From Kofleriaceae bacterium (GTDB lineage Bacteria; Myxococcota_A; Polyangia; Haliangiales; Haliangiaceae): DNA of 64,000 nucleotides. Positions 29,962 to 40,978 of this stretch are shown here, in pieces. The translations under genes and the position numbers were made by a program. The stretch lies in NCBI GenBank assembly GCA_965215005.1, contig CBDCCZ010000018.1, forward strand, positions 1-64,000. The letters run 5' to 3'. Numbering within the stretch: the stretch's first letter is position 1; the number at the start of each line of letters is the position of its first letter. The notes beneath the pieces are model-generated. The model ran no database searches, was not told the origin of the DNA, and worked only from the letters and a program-made list of their open reading frames with translations.

Positions 29962-31542
29962 GTGGTCATCGTCGCGGCGCTGCTGTTAGCATCACAAGCG
30001 GCTCACGCCGACGATGCGCCGCCGCCGACCGCCACCGAGCTGCCGTGCTGCCAACTGGGCCAATCGGCCTGCTTTCTCGCGCTGGATGGGGTGGTCGTCG
30101 ACCAAGACTCCAGCTACCTCGCGCTCACCGAGCGCGGCGAGCCGCACCATGTACGCGCTGCCATCGAAATGGCGCTTGCGCTCGGCGCTGGCACGGCCTG
30201 GTATTGGATCGATCGGGACCGCCAGGTTGCCGACTGGGACTATCCCAGTTGGAGCCAACGGCTCACCCTCGACATCTGGCGCTTCGACAACAACCCGTTC
30301 GGCATCAACTACATCGGCCATCCGCTGAACGGTGCCAGCTTTCACGCGCTGGCCCGCGCCAACGACCTCGGCCTGTGGGGCTCAGTGGGCTACGGGCTTG
30401 CCACCTCCATGGCCTGGGAGTTCTTGTTCGAGTTCCGCGAGAAAATCAGCATCAACGATGCGATCGTCACCACTGGTGCCGGCATAGCCTTAGGTGAGCT
30501 CGTGCATTGGCTGGGACGCTACGTGAACAGTCGACCAGCAAGGCGCCAGGGAATTGGCCATGCCATCGCGCGCTGGACCGCCGGCCTCACCGTTGCAGCG
30601 CACGACTTCCTCAACGGCAACACGCGCCGGACGACGGTCGCCGCAGACTCGCTCGGCTTCCGCTCGGACATCTGGCATCGATTCGACATCTCCTACAGCC
30701 TTGCTCGTGGCGATGCATCGGCCAGAAATGGCGAGGGAGACGATGCGCGTCTAACGATTCACGCCTTCCGCGCCAGCGCACGCCTGATCGGCCTGCCCGG
30801 CTACCTGCGTCCGGGTCACATTGGCCGCTGGTTCGGCGACGCCAACGTCACATCTCTCAAAGTCGAGGCGCTTAGAAGCTCGCGCGGTTCTGGCGTTTCG
30901 TTCGCTGCGGACGCGATTCTCGTCGGCCGTCATCAGCAGAACCTTCCGGCGTCCGGTGCGCCAACAATAGGCTACGCGCTACTCGCGGGTCCTGCCATCG
31001 GCTACTCCTATTTGCGCGAGCGCTTTGATCCCTTTGAAGATCGCTTGGCGCTCATGCATCTGCCCGGCCCTGCCGCAGACTTGGTCCTCGCCGGTCGCGG
31101 CTGGCAAGCTCGCCTCCAGAGTCGGGTTGCTTACGACTTCGTGGGCATCCACGCCGTCTCTCATGACCGCTGGCAGAGCGCTCACCCCGAAGAAGTTGGC
31201 AAGACCATCCTACATAAGCAAGGGTACTACTACGGCTGGGGTTGGTCGGCGAGAGCTCAGCTCGCGCTGAGCGTCCCGTACGCCGAGCTCGGAGCCTCGA
31301 TCTTCTACGGCGCTTATGGCTCACAGGAGGGGCTTGATCGAAGCCAGGAGTCGCTCACCATCGATCCGCACCTCGAGGACACGGTGCTGCGCCATCAGGC
31401 ATGGCTCAGGCTCCGGCGCAACAGGTCGGGAATGTACCTGGAGCTGCGCTCGGACTCCCGGCGCCGACGCTCCAGCTACGCCGAGCTCGACGCCGCACAA
31501 GACTTCCACAGCCTCGAGCTGGGGCTCGGATTGGAGTTCTAG
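29962..31542 (+). CDS. DUF3943-containing probable outer-membrane beta-barrel protein
   Basis: Signal peptide from GTG 29962; DNNPFGINYIGHP..G, WEF..E..SIND...T..GIALGE; beta-rich C-terminus ending GLGLEF. Confidence 0.75.
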   Translation: MVIVAALLLASQAAHADDAPPPTATELPCCQLGQSACFLALDGVVVDQDSSYLALTERGEPHHVRAAIEMALALGAGTAWYWIDRDRQVADWDYPSWSQRLTLDIWRFDNNPFGINYIGHPLNGASFHALARANDLGLWGSVGYGLATSMAWEFLFEFREKISINDAIVTTGAGIALGELVHWLGRYVNSRPARRQGIGHAIARWTAGLTVAAHDFLNGNTRRTTVAADSLGFRSDIWHRFDISYSLARGDASARNGEGDDARLTIHAFRASARLIGLPGYLRPGHIGRWFGDANVTSLKVEALRSSRGSGVSFAADAILVGRHQQNLPASGAPTIGYALLAGPAIGYSYLRERFDPFEDRLALMHLPGPAADLVLAGRGWQARLQSRVAYDFVGIHAVSHDRWQSAHPEEVGKTILHKQGYYYGWGWSARAQLALSVPYAELGASIFYGAYGSQEGLDRSQESLTIDPHLEDTVLRHQAWLRLRRNRSGMYLELRSDSRRRRSSYAELDAAQDFHSLELGLGLEF

Positions 31543-31550
31543 TTCTGATC

Positions 31551-33104
31551 CTAGTGGCTAGGCTGCAGCGTCGCCTCGACGGCGGCCCAGCCACCCGCAG
31601 GCACTTCTACGTTCGGTAGCTCGAACGAGGTGAACCCGGGCGCGGAGATCACTAAGTCGTAGACACCGGGCGCCATGGCAGACTCGGAGAAGCGACCTTT
31701 GGCGGAAGTATAGCGGGTCGGCGGCGGGCCGGGCTTCGCCGAGCCCACTCCGGCGGGCTTGTAACGCTGCACCTGCACCGTGAAGTCCTCGACGAGGCGA
31801 CCACTGGCCGCAACCACCCGACCGCGCAAACCGCCGAAGCGCTCGAGGCGAAACTCGAGGTCATCCATGGGCGCGCGCACTTGTTCCCGGGTGGCGACAG
31901 GATAATCGGGATGAGAAGCGCTGAGCCAATAGGGACCGCTGTCGGCCTCTTCGAAGGCGAACCGGCCATCTGGCGCGGTCTTTAGCTCGAATGCCGGCAT
32001 CTTCGAGCTACCGCGATTACCGCGAATACGCACGCCAGCGACCGGACGGCCCTGGGCGTCGACCACTCGACCCGCAATGGTGCGCCGCGTTTGAAGGCGA
32101 AGCGTCACCGATCGCTCGCTGCCCGGCTGCAAGTCAACAGTCTGCGGAGCAGCCTGGCCGTGGCCGGCGGCTCGCGCTTCCACCACCACGGCGCCAGCAC
32201 CGACGTCAGCCAGTGCGAAGTGCCCGCGGTCGTCGGTGCGAGTATCGTACTGCTCGCGAGAGCCGGCCATCAGCGCAGCGAGATGTACCGCCGCGTCCGG
32301 CACCGGCCGCCCCTGCGAATCGACAACGGAACCGCGAAGCGTTGCACTGGCCCCCAAAACGATATGGATATCGTGGAGCGTAGCGCCCGGCGCGACCGAC
32401 GCGACACTTACTCGCCCGCGATTCCCGCGCTTGGTCGCTTCGAGATAGGCGCCTCCGGGAAGCACGGGAAGCTCAAAACGCCCATCGGCGCCGCTGCTCG
32501 TCACGCTCGAGACTTCCCCGCGCTCCACCAGTTGCTGGTCCGAAGGACTCAGCGGCATGTAGGAGATCTCCGCTTCGCTAACGCCGCGACCCCGACCATC
32601 CACCACCAGCCCTCGGACGCGCGCGAGCGCACGCACCTTTACGTCGAAACGAACCGGAGCGCCGACCACCGGCACTCGCCACACCCTCAGACCGACCAGG
32701 CCGTCACCCACGGCGCGAACGTCATACGTGCCAGGCTGCAAGCGAATTGAGTAACTGCCGTCGCTCCCACTGCTCGCCGTAGTTTCGCCGCCAGCACCAG
32801 CAAACAGCACATCGACCTGGGCTACCCCTCCGCCAGAGGCGGCGTCGACCACCTTCCCCGAGACCTCCTGCGGCTCGGCGTCGACGGCCGCCGATGCGGA
32901 TGGCCCACGTGGCAATCGTGGCGGCTCGGCTGCGTGCCGCGGCGCCGCCGTCTCGACCTTGGGTGGTCGCGCGCCCCAAGCTGGCTCGAGCACCGGCGCA
33001 TCGCTGGTGCTCGCGGGCGTGCGAGCAGCCGGGACAAACACTAGCCAGAGCAATGCCGCTGCAACCAGTGCCGCAAGGATTACCAACAACCATCTTCGAG
33101 TCAC
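31551..33104 (-). CDS. Membrane-anchored protein with carboxypeptidase-regulatory-like repeats
   Basis: N-terminal TM; repeated GRVVD..GRPV.GA...TD..GxF units. Confidence 0.85.
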   Translation of the reverse strand: MTRRWLLVILAALVAAALLWLVFVPAARTPASTSDAPVLEPAWGARPPKVETAAPRHAAEPPRLPRGPSASAAVDAEPQEVSGKVVDAASGGGVAQVDVLFAGAGGETTASSGSDGSYSIRLQPGTYDVRAVGDGLVGLRVWRVPVVGAPVRFDVKVRALARVRGLVVDGRGRGVSEAEISYMPLSPSDQQLVERGEVSSVTSSGADGRFELPVLPGGAYLEATKRGNRGRVSVASVAPGATLHDIHIVLGASATLRGSVVDSQGRPVPDAAVHLAALMAGSREQYDTRTDDRGHFALADVGAGAVVVEARAAGHGQAAPQTVDLQPGSERSVTLRLQTRRTIAGRVVDAQGRPVAGVRIRGNRGSSKMPAFELKTAPDGRFAFEEADSGPYWLSASHPDYPVATREQVRAPMDDLEFRLERFGGLRGRVVAASGRLVEDFTVQVQRYKPAGVGSAKPGPPPTRYTSAKGRFSESAMAPGVYDLVISAPGFTSFELPNVEVPAGGWAAVEATLQPSH

Positions 33105-33374
33105 AAATCACCAACGCAAAGCGAGTAGGGAAGATTACGTCAAGTACGAGGAGCTAATGAAGTTGGCGTGGAAGCGATCGCCGTGCGTCCTACCACAGCG
33201 CCGAAGGGATCGACTGACGTACAGTTAACCGAATTGTTCCACAGCCGCAGAATGCTAGCCATGCTTCACCCTCTCGGGCCATACTGGCCGGAGCTCTGTA
33301 CTCGAGCTCTTATATAGCAGCATCTTTTGCGAGCCCTTTACGGCGACTGCTCGCCTGTTTTCAGGACCTAGATT

Positions 33375-34397
33375 ATGCACAACGAAGTATCTCGTGATCC
33401 GATCGCGCGTCTCGGTCGCGCAGCGACAATGCGTGTTCCCGACGCTGCGCCTTCCACTGATCTATTGGCCGGTGCGCGAGAGCTTTTTCGCCATCATGCG
33501 CAGGCGATGGAAGCGCTCCAGAATCGCCTCGACGACACCTTCATCACCGCGGTTCAGCTCATTCTCCACTCCCCCGGACACGTCGTCTTCATCGGCATGG
33601 GCAAGTCGGGCCATATTGCGCAGAAACTCGCCGCGACGTTTGCTTCCACGGGGACGCCGTCGTTCTACATCCACGCCGCGGAGGCTCACCACGGGGACCT
33701 CGGGATGATTACCTCCCGGGACACCGCGATCCTGATCTCCTACAGCGGGGAGACCACCGAGGTCGTGCAGCTGTTGCCCCATCTCCAGAACCGCCGGATT
33801 CCGGTGGTGGCGCTGGTGGGTCGCCTGGCATCGACCCTCGGTCGTGCTGCCGATGCGGCCCTGGACATCTCCGTGGATCGGGAGGCGTGTCCGCATAATC
33901 TGGCTCCCACGACCTCTGCCATCACAACCATGGCCATGGGTCATGCGCTCGCAGTCACACTCATGCGCGAGCGCGACTTTTGCCCCGACGACTTCGCCCG
34001 CTGCCACCCCGGCGGCAGCCTTGGCCGGCGGCTCACTACACAGGTACGCCACGCTATGCGCGTCCACGACTTGCCGATGGTCTCTCCGAGCGACACGGTC
34101 GGGGAGGCGCTCGTCACAATCACGGAGGGCCGGCTCGGCCTGGCGTTGGTAATGAACGGCGAGCGGCTCGTCGGCCTCGTAACCGATGGCGACCTCCGTC
34201 GCGGCATGCAGCGCCATGAGAACCTGCTGGTCATGCCAATTGCCGAGATCATGACCCTTAATCCGGTAACCATCGACGAGAACGTGCTCCTCGACGTGGC
34301 ACACCAACGCATGCAACAGATGAAGCTGAAGGCACTGGTGGCGGTGAACAGCCGTGGTCGGGTGAGCGGCGTCGTCGAAGTTTTCAACGACGAGTAG
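33375..34397 (+). CDS. kpsF: Arabinose-5-phosphate isomerase (SIS + CBS)
   Basis: GMGKSGHIA, HGDLG, SYSGET, LAPTTS, HPGGSLG, TDGDLRR. Confidence 0.93.
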   Translation: MHNEVSRDPIARLGRAATMRVPDAAPSTDLLAGARELFRHHAQAMEALQNRLDDTFITAVQLILHSPGHVVFIGMGKSGHIAQKLAATFASTGTPSFYIHAAEAHHGDLGMITSRDTAILISYSGETTEVVQLLPHLQNRRIPVVALVGRLASTLGRAADAALDISVDREACPHNLAPTTSAITTMAMGHALAVTLMRERDFCPDDFARCHPGGSLGRRLTTQVRHAMRVHDLPMVSPSDTVGEALVTITEGRLGLALVMNGERLVGLVTDGDLRRGMQRHENLLVMPIAEIMTLNPVTIDENVLLDVAHQRMQQMKLKALVAVNSRGRVSGVVEVFNDE

Positions 34398-34413
34398 CGC
34401 GGCGGAAACAGCG

Positions 34414-35193
34414 ATGTCTTGGTCGCGCGGTTTGTTTGGTCAGCTCGAGGTGGTTTACGCGCTTGCTCTGCGCGAGACGCGGACCCGCTTCGGAGCGCAC
34501 CAGATGGGCTACCTGTGGGCACTCCTCGAGCCCACGATCATGATCGCGACCTTCGTAGCCGTCTTCGGTGTCGCTCATCGGAAAGCCCCGCCGGGCATGG
34601 ATCTCGTCGGGTTCATCGCCACCGGCATCATCACCTATACGTTGTTCGCCAACGCAACGAATCGAGTTGCCGAAGCCATCAACGGCAACAAGGCGCTGCT
34701 TTTTTACCCGCACGTTCAACCAATCGATCTGGTGCTAGCCCGGGGTCTGCTCGAGTTCGCGACCTACACCGCAGTTTTCGTGTTGTTCCTGGGCGGTCAG
34801 GCCCTGTTTCGCGAAACGCTGGACATCCACGATGGCTTGCTCGTCCTGCAAGGCCTGGCGTTGGCGGCGCTGCTCGGATCGGCGCTGGGGCTGATCTTCT
34901 GCGGGCTGAGCCAGTTTTCGAACGTCGCCGATCGCGCTCGTGGGCCCCTTTTGCGCCCCCTATTCTGGTGCTCGGGCATCTTCTTCTCGGCGAGCCAACT
35001 GCCGGACCGCGCGCGTGATCTGTCTCTCTACAATCCGGTCCTGCACATCATAGAAATGGTGCGGGCGGGGTGGTATGCGACGTATCCGGATGAGTACGTC
35101 GACACGTCGTACGTGCTTGCGTGGGTGCTGGGGCTCAGCCTTGCGGGTCTGATCCTCGAGCGACTCGTCCGGCGCAGGATTGAAGTCACATGA
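34414..35193 (+). CDS. kpsM: Capsule ABC transporter permease
   Basis: RETRTRFG..GYLWALLEP, SGIFF, NPVLHIIEMVR; about 6 TM segments. Confidence 0.92.
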   Translation: MSWSRGLFGQLEVVYALALRETRTRFGAHQMGYLWALLEPTIMIATFVAVFGVAHRKAPPGMDLVGFIATGIITYTLFANATNRVAEAINGNKALLFYPHVQPIDLVLARGLLEFATYTAVFVLFLGGQALFRETLDIHDGLLVLQGLALAALLGSALGLIFCGLSQFSNVADRARGPLLRPLFWCSGIFFSASQLPDRARDLSLYNPVLHIIEMVRAGWYATYPDEYVDTSYVLAWVLGLSLAGLILERLVRRRIEVT

Positions 35194-35852
35194 TCGAGCT
35201 TCGCAACATCACCAAGACCTATCGAACCATCGCTGGTCCCAACGTGGTGCTAGACGATATTTCGGTGGAGATACCACGCGGTGTAAGCGTGGGCGTCTTC
35301 GGCCGCAATGGTGCTGGCAAATCGACCCTGCTTCGGATCATTGGCGGTGCGGAGATGCCAGACTGCGGCGAGGTGCTCCGCGGCGGTAAGATCTCCTGGC
35401 CCCTGGGATTCTCCGGCGGCTTCAGCCCTTCACTCACCGGGGAGGAGAACTGCCGCTTCGTGGCTCGCATCTATGGCCAGGATGTGGACCGGGTCGTTGA
35501 CGAGGCAAGCGACTTCGCCGAGATTGGCGACTACTTCTATATGCCCGTGCGCACGTATTCGTCCGGCATGCGTGCTCGCCTCGCCTTCGGCTTGAGTATG
35601 ACGATAGATTTCGATGTCTATCTGGTCGACGAGGTCACGGCGGTGGGTGATAAATCGTTTCAGTCCAAGTGCCGGGATGCCTTCGTAGATCGCAGCGGCC
35701 GCGCTAGCCTCATCATGGTGTCGCACAACACCAAAACCTTGCAAGAGTACTGCGATATCGGAGCGGTTCTCCGCCAGGGCCAGCTGCAGCTATTCGACAC
35801 CGTAGACGAAGCCGCCCAAGAATACGAGCGCGGGATCGGCAAGGCGGCGTGA
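35190..35852 (+). CDS. kpsT: Capsule ABC transporter ATPase
   Basis: GRNGAGKST, ISWPLG, YSSGM, YLVDE, VSH; 220 aa with no C-terminal carbohydrate-binding extension. Confidence 0.95.
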   Translation: MIELRNITKTYRTIAGPNVVLDDISVEIPRGVSVGVFGRNGAGKSTLLRIIGGAEMPDCGEVLRGGKISWPLGFSGGFSPSLTGEENCRFVARIYGQDVDRVVDEASDFAEIGDYFYMPVRTYSSGMRARLAFGLSMTIDFDVYLVDEVTAVGDKSFQSKCRDAFVDRSGRASLIMVSHNTKTLQEYCDIGAVLRQGQLQLFDTVDEAAQEYERGIGKAA

Positions 35853-36754
35853 GTGAATCGACCGGCAAGACCGTGGGGGCTGGCAGTCGCGCCCGATCCC
35901 TCCGCCAGGCGCGTGCCAAGCGCATAGCGCGCCGCTTCGCGATCGTCGTCGGGCTGCCAACGCTGCTCGCCGTCATCTTTTACTGTTTCCTCGTCCAGGA
36001 ACGATATCGTTCCATCGTCCTCTTCCGCGTGGTGGATGCCGATGTACCGCTAGAGGACAAAGCGCCGCCAGAGATCAACCACTACCAAATTCTACGCGAG
36101 CTCATCCACTCGGAGACCATGGTGGAGCAGCTGCGGGCAGATGAGCTGCTAGAGCATTTCACCCAAGCTGGTGACTGGTTCTCTCGGCTCACACCCAACG
36201 CCGGCGTCGACGAGACCGCCGCGTACTACCGGGACAAAGTCGCAGTAGTACCTCCTTCTGCCGCTGGCTCAATCCGTCTCGAGGTGATCTCGTTCTCACC
36301 CAAAGCCGCTCAGACGCTCGCAGCGCACATCATCGGCCACGCCGAGGCGCTGTGGGCGGAGCGTGTACGCGGCGATCTTACACGCCGCATGGCTTCCGCT
36401 GAGTCGCTGGTCGCAGCGGCCAAACGGCGGGCGGCTGCAGCCCGCCAGGCGCTGCGGTCCCTACAGGAGGCTGGTGCCGAGCCGACCTCCGATGCATTTG
36501 GTGAGGCTCAGGTCGAGTACAAGGTTGCCCAAGAAGCGTATCAAACCGCCAAGCTCGCTGCCGCAGCGGCTCGCCTCGCGCATGACGCCCAGACGGTCAA
36601 AGAGCTGGAGATCCTCGGTGGGCCGACGCTGCCATCGTCGCATTTCTATCCCCGACGCATCTGGGGCATTCTGCGGGTGTTCTTCGTCGCCGCCGCGCTC
36701 ATGACGGTGGTGGGACTCCTTGCAGGCGCTGTGCGCGAGCACGCAAAGTTCTAG
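35849..36754 (+). CDS. kpsE: KpsE-like polysaccharide co-polymerase (short)
   Basis: Two terminal TM segments, periplasmic coiled coil, PTLP...YPRR, C-terminal VREH. Confidence 0.75.
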   Translation: MSESTGKTVGAGSRARSLRQARAKRIARRFAIVVGLPTLLAVIFYCFLVQERYRSIVLFRVVDADVPLEDKAPPEINHYQILRELIHSETMVEQLRADELLEHFTQAGDWFSRLTPNAGVDETAAYYRDKVAVVPPSAAGSIRLEVISFSPKAAQTLAAHIIGHAEALWAERVRGDLTRRMASAESLVAAAKRRAAAARQALRSLQEAGAEPTSDAFGEAQVEYKVAQEAYQTAKLAAAAARLAHDAQTVKELEILGGPTLPSSHFYPRRIWGILRVFFVAAALMTVVGLLAGAVREHAKF

Positions 36755-36756
36755 TC

Positions 36757-37590
36757 ATGAAACTGGCAGGTCGTGACATAGGGAATCATGAGCCTCTGTT
36801 TTTGATCGCGGGGCCATGCGTGATCGAGAGCGAGGAGCTCGTTCTTCGCGTTGCCGAAACGCTCGCCGAGCTTACCAACCGACTCGGCGTGCTCTATGTC
36901 TTCAAGGCAAGCTTCGACAAAGCCAACCGCACATCGGCACAGGCGCTGCGCGGGCCAGGCCTCGCCGAGGGTTTGCGTATTCTCGATAAGGTTCGCCGCG
37001 AGCTCGAGGTCCCGGTACTCACCGACGTGCACGAGTACACGCCAATCGACGAGGTCGCCGATGTCGTGGACGTCTTGCAAACGCCGGCCTTCCTGTGCCG
37101 CCAGACCGACTTTCTGCAGCGCGTCGCCCGAGCCGGCAAACCAGTGAACATCAAGAAGGGCCAGTTCCTCGCCCCGTGGGACATGGAGCACGTCGTCGGT
37201 AAGTGCCGCGCAGTCGGCAACGAAGAGATCATGATTTGCGAGCGCGGCTCCTCGTTCGGCTACAATGCGCTGGTATCTGACATGCGCGGACTCGCGGTCA
37301 TGCGCCACTTCGGCTGCCCGGTCGTGTTCGATGCCACTCACTCGGTTCAGCAACCGGGCGGGCTGGGCGGAGCCTCCGGCGGTCAGCGGCAGATGGTGCC
37401 AGTGTTGGCGAGGGCGGCGGTAGCGGCGGGCGTGGCGGGAGTGTTCATGGAAACCCACCCAGACCCCGACCGCGCATGGAGTGACGGTCCAAACCAGTGG
37501 CCTCTCCATCGCATGGAAGAGCTACTCGAGGTGCTGGTACGGATCGACAGACTGGTGAAGAGCCAGCCGTTTTGTGAGGACGACGCGTAA
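36757..37590 (+). CDS. kdsA: KDO-8-phosphate synthase
   Basis: [41 protein letters not shown]. Confidence 0.97.
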   Translation: MKLAGRDIGNHEPLFLIAGPCVIESEELVLRVAETLAELTNRLGVLYVFKASFDKANRTSAQALRGPGLAEGLRILDKVRRELEVPVLTDVHEYTPIDEVADVVDVLQTPAFLCRQTDFLQRVARAGKPVNIKKGQFLAPWDMEHVVGKCRAVGNEEIMICERGSSFGYNALVSDMRGLAVMRHFGCPVVFDATHSVQQPGGLGGASGGQRQMVPVLARAAVAAGVAGVFMETHPDPDRAWSDGPNQWPLHRMEELLEVLVRIDRLVKSQPFCEDDA

Positions 37591-38882
37591 TGCGCGCGTC
37601 AGCGCCGGCGAATGTCGGGGCGCGGCTAGCATTGGTGCGATTGTTGGTGCTCGACGTCGACGGCGTGCTCACCGACGGCACGTTGTATTACGGCCCTGAA
37701 GGGGAAGTGCTCAAGCCGTTCCACGTCCGCGATGGGCTGGGTATCCACCGGCTGATCGAGGCCGGGATCGAGGTCGCCGTGATCACCGGGCGCGGCAATG
37801 CCGCCCTTGCACGCCGCCTCGCCGACCTAGGGATCGAGCACGTCGTAACCCGCTGCCAGGATAAGTGGGCGGGATTAGAGCCAATCCTTGAGCGCCTGGC
37901 AATCCCTCCAGACGCCATGGCGGTGGTGGGAGATGACATCGTCGATCTGCCGATGATGGACCGTGCCGGTCTTAGCATCGCCGTTGCCGACGCCCATCTT
38001 GAGGTCCGCCGTCGCGCGGACTGGACCACGGCTGTGGCTGGCGGACGCGGAGCGGTTCGCGAGATCGCCGACGCGCTACTGATGGCAAGGCAGGCGGAGG
38101 CGCCGCGCTTTCGCGTCGTCATCCCGGCTCGATTTGGCTCTACGCGCCTGCCCGGCAAGCCGCTCCTGCCAATTGCCGGCCGACCGATGATCGCGCACGT
38201 CTGGGACCGCGCGACCGAATCGGGTGCCACCGAGGTGGTGGTAGCCACCGACGATCAACGCATTCTCGACGCCGTCCATGCCTTCGGCGGGCGTGCGGTT
38301 CTCACCTCCTCGGATCATCCGTCGGGAACCGATCGTCTAGCCGAGGTGGCGCAGCGCGAAGGCTGGTCGGCGGAGGAAATCGTGGTCAACCTGCAGGGGG
38401 ATGAGCCGGGGATGCTACCGCCGCTCGTCCGCGAGCTGGCTATCGCATTGATGGGTCATCCAAGCGCCGGTATCGCGACGGCGGCGACCGCGATAGGCAG
38501 CACCATAGAGCTGTTCGACCCGGCCATCGTCAAGGTCGTTCTCGATGACCGCGGTATGGCGAGTTACTTCAGCCGCGCGCCGATTCCGTGGGTGCGGGGC
38601 ACGACGGAGCTCGGCCCCAACGGCATGAAGACCTTGCCACAGCACATCCCCTTCCTGCGGCACCTGGGCATCTACGCCTATCGCGTTGGGATGCTGCAGC
38701 GAATCACCAAGGCGCCGCCGTCGCTGCTCGAGCGCTGTGAGAGTCTCGAGCAGCTACGGGCCCTGGCGCTGGGAATCGGCATCCACGTCACCATCACCTC
38801 CGAGACGCCGCCTCACGGTGTCGACACGCAGAGCGATCTTGAACGGGCTGCGCGCGAGCTCGGCGGCAAAGGCTCTCGGTGA
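37590..38882 (+). CDS. kdsB: Fused KDO-8-P phosphatase (KdsC) and CMP-Kdo synthetase (KdsB/KpsU)
   Basis: N-terminal [24 protein letters not shown]-terminal [37 protein letters not shown]. Confidence 0.93.
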   Translation: MRASAPANVGARLALVRLLVLDVDGVLTDGTLYYGPEGEVLKPFHVRDGLGIHRLIEAGIEVAVITGRGNAALARRLADLGIEHVVTRCQDKWAGLEPILERLAIPPDAMAVVGDDIVDLPMMDRAGLSIAVADAHLEVRRRADWTTAVAGGRGAVREIADALLMARQAEAPRFRVVIPARFGSTRLPGKPLLPIAGRPMIAHVWDRATESGATEVVVATDDQRILDAVHAFGGRAVLTSSDHPSGTDRLAEVAQREGWSAEEIVVNLQGDEPGMLPPLVRELAIALMGHPSAGIATAATAIGSTIELFDPAIVKVVLDDRGMASYFSRAPIPWVRGTTELGPNGMKTLPQHIPFLRHLGIYAYRVGMLQRITKAPPSLLERCESLEQLRALALGIGIHVTITSETPPHGVDTQSDLERAARELGGKGSR

Positions 38883-40978
38883 GCACGGCCAGCGTTGCGA
38901 CAGTATCTGGCCAACCGCCGAGATGGCGCAAAGTTGGAATCTTCTCCCCCGAGCTCGCCGCGCAACCGGATGCAGCGATGCTGATCGGCGCCGACACGTT
39001 GATCATGCGGCCCGATCGCCGGGGCATCCGCTCGCTCGACGCGATTATCGGCCGCGGTGAGGACGTTGCCGCGACGGCGTTCGCCAACCGCCACGGTCTG
39101 CCTTACTGGCGGCTGGAGTACGGATTCTTGCGCTGTCTCGGGGCCGCGGCCGGTCATCAAGCACCGCTTTCGGTCGTGCTCGATGATCGCGGAATCTACT
39201 TCGATAGCCGCTCGTCATCGCGTCTCGAGGCGCTGCTAGCCGGTGCCGACGGTTTTGCTCCACTCGGCGATCCAACGCTACTTGACCGCGCGCGCTCCGC
39301 CATGACGCGCATCGTCGACTGCGGCCTCACCCGCACCAACGATCATCCCGTCCGTCCACTTCCAGGCTGGCTGCGGTCCGGGCGGAAGCGCGTGCTGGTC
39401 ATCGATCAGCCCCGCAATGCCGATTCGGTGCGGCTCGGACGCGCTTCCGCGCGCAGCTTCGAGATCATGCTCGCCGCTGCCAGAGCCGAGCATCCCGGGG
39501 CCGAGATCCTCATCAAGACTCATCCACGCACCTCCGGCCGCCTTCGCGGTCATCTCGACAGAATCCGCGACGAACGCACGCGCATTGTGTCTGATGGAGT
39601 GAATCCCATCGAGTTGGTTCGAGCTGTCGCGGCCGTCTATGCGGTGACCTCGCAGCTCGGCTTCGAAGCGTTGCTCGCCGGCAAGCCGGTGTCTTGCTTC
39701 GGGGCGCCATTCTATGCTGGATGGGGCCTAACCGATGACCGGGTTCAGGTTCCCCGACGCACGCGCCGCCGCAGTCTAGAGGAAGTGTTCGCGGCCGCCT
39801 ATTTACTCTACGCCCGCTATGTCGATCCGAACACCGGTGGCGAGGGTACCCTCGAGCAGGTCATCGATCATCTCGCGCTGCAGCGTGAGCAGTTCGCGCG
39901 CAATCAGGGGCGGATCTTCTGCTTCGGGTTCAACCATTGGAAGCACAACTTCGTACGCGCGTACCTGCGCGCACCCGACAACCAGGTCACGTTCTTTCGC
40001 GACGCCAGCGTCATCGAGAAGCGCGGCTTTGATGCGCGCGCACGCCTCGTAGTCTGGGGCCAGAAAGCCACGCAGGAGTTGCGAGAGATCGCGATCCGTC
40101 ACAACGTGCCGATCTGGCAGATGGAGGATGGCTTCTTGCGTTCTGTCGGTCTTGGCTCAAACCTCGAGGCACCCGCGTCGCTAGTGGTGGATCGCCTGGG
40201 CGTTTACTACGATCCAACGCGGCCGAGCGAGCTCGAGCAGATTCTGCAGCATGGGAACTTCATGCCCGACGAGCTCGACCGGGCCCGCTGCCTCCGCGAT
40301 GCGATCGTGAGGGCGCGGCTCAGCAAGTACAACGTGGGCCGGCAGCTGCCGATCGAGGTGCCGCCGGGACGACGCATCGTCCTCGTTCCGGGACAGGTCG
40401 AAGACGACGCATCCATACAGCTCGGCTGCCGTGACATTCGCACCAACGAGGCCCTGTTGCGCGAGGCTAGACGCCAGCGCCCCGACGCGTTCATCATCTT
40501 CAAGCCACACCCTGACGTAGTAAGCGGCAATCGCACCGGCATGATCGCCCCAGCCCGAGCTCGCGCCCTCGCCGATCACGTCGAGGAAGGCGCGTCGCTA
40601 CCGGACTGCCTAGCAGTCGCCGATGAGGTCCACACCTTGACCTCATTGGTCGGCTTTGAGGCACTGCTGCGCGACAAGATGGTCGTGGTCTATGGCCAGC
40701 CGTTCTATGCCGGCTGGGGCTTGACCGAAGATCGGCATCCGGTGACTCGCCGAACCCGCCGACTCGAGCTCGATGAGCTAGTGACCGGGACGTTGATACG
40801 GTATCCGCGCTACATCAACTTACGAACCGGCCGCTTCACCACCCCCGAAGCCGTGATCGCCCACCTTCAGCACGAGCGCGACAGCAACCCCGCGGCGCAG
40901 GCGGTCCGCATTTGGGGGCCACGACGACAGCTGCGGCGGCTCGTGCAGGCGCTGCGAGGCATGCTTCATGCTCCTTGA
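38879..40978 (+). CDS. kpsC: Beta-Kdo transferase KpsC (two tandem domains)
   Basis: Duplicated domain with [20 protein letters not shown]; second domain has EDGFLRS, QVEDD, KPHP. Confidence 0.93.
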   Translation: MSTASVATVSGQPPRWRKVGIFSPELAAQPDAAMLIGADTLIMRPDRRGIRSLDAIIGRGEDVAATAFANRHGLPYWRLEYGFLRCLGAAAGHQAPLSVVLDDRGIYFDSRSSSRLEALLAGADGFAPLGDPTLLDRARSAMTRIVDCGLTRTNDHPVRPLPGWLRSGRKRVLVIDQPRNADSVRLGRASARSFEIMLAAARAEHPGAEILIKTHPRTSGRLRGHLDRIRDERTRIVSDGVNPIELVRAVAAVYAVTSQLGFEALLAGKPVSCFGAPFYAGWGLTDDRVQVPRRTRRRSLEEVFAAAYLLYARYVDPNTGGEGTLEQVIDHLALQREQFARNQGRIFCFGFNHWKHNFVRAYLRAPDNQVTFFRDASVIEKRGFDARARLVVWGQKATQELREIAIRHNVPIWQMEDGFLRSVGLGSNLEAPASLVVDRLGVYYDPTRPSELEQILQHGNFMPDELDRARCLRDAIVRARLSKYNVGRQLPIEVPPGRRIVLVPGQVEDDASIQLGCRDIRTNEALLREARRQRPDAFIIFKPHPDVVSGNRTGMIAPARARALADHVEEGASLPDCLAVADEVHTLTSLVGFEALLRDKMVVVYGQPFYAGWGLTEDRHPVTRRTRRLELDELVTGTLIRYPRYINLRTGRFTTPEAVIAHLQHERDSNPAAQAVRIWGPRRQLRRLVQALRGMLHAP

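Noticed and set aside
33105..33374. ops/JUMPstart element or sigma-54 promoter upstream of the kps operon
   Set aside because: No GGCGGTAG and no convincing GG-N10-GC element found
35190..35852. Wzt-type recognition of a methyl cap by the ABC ATPase
   Set aside because: The ATPase is 220 aa with no C-terminal carbohydrate-binding module, so methylation as an export signal is unsupported
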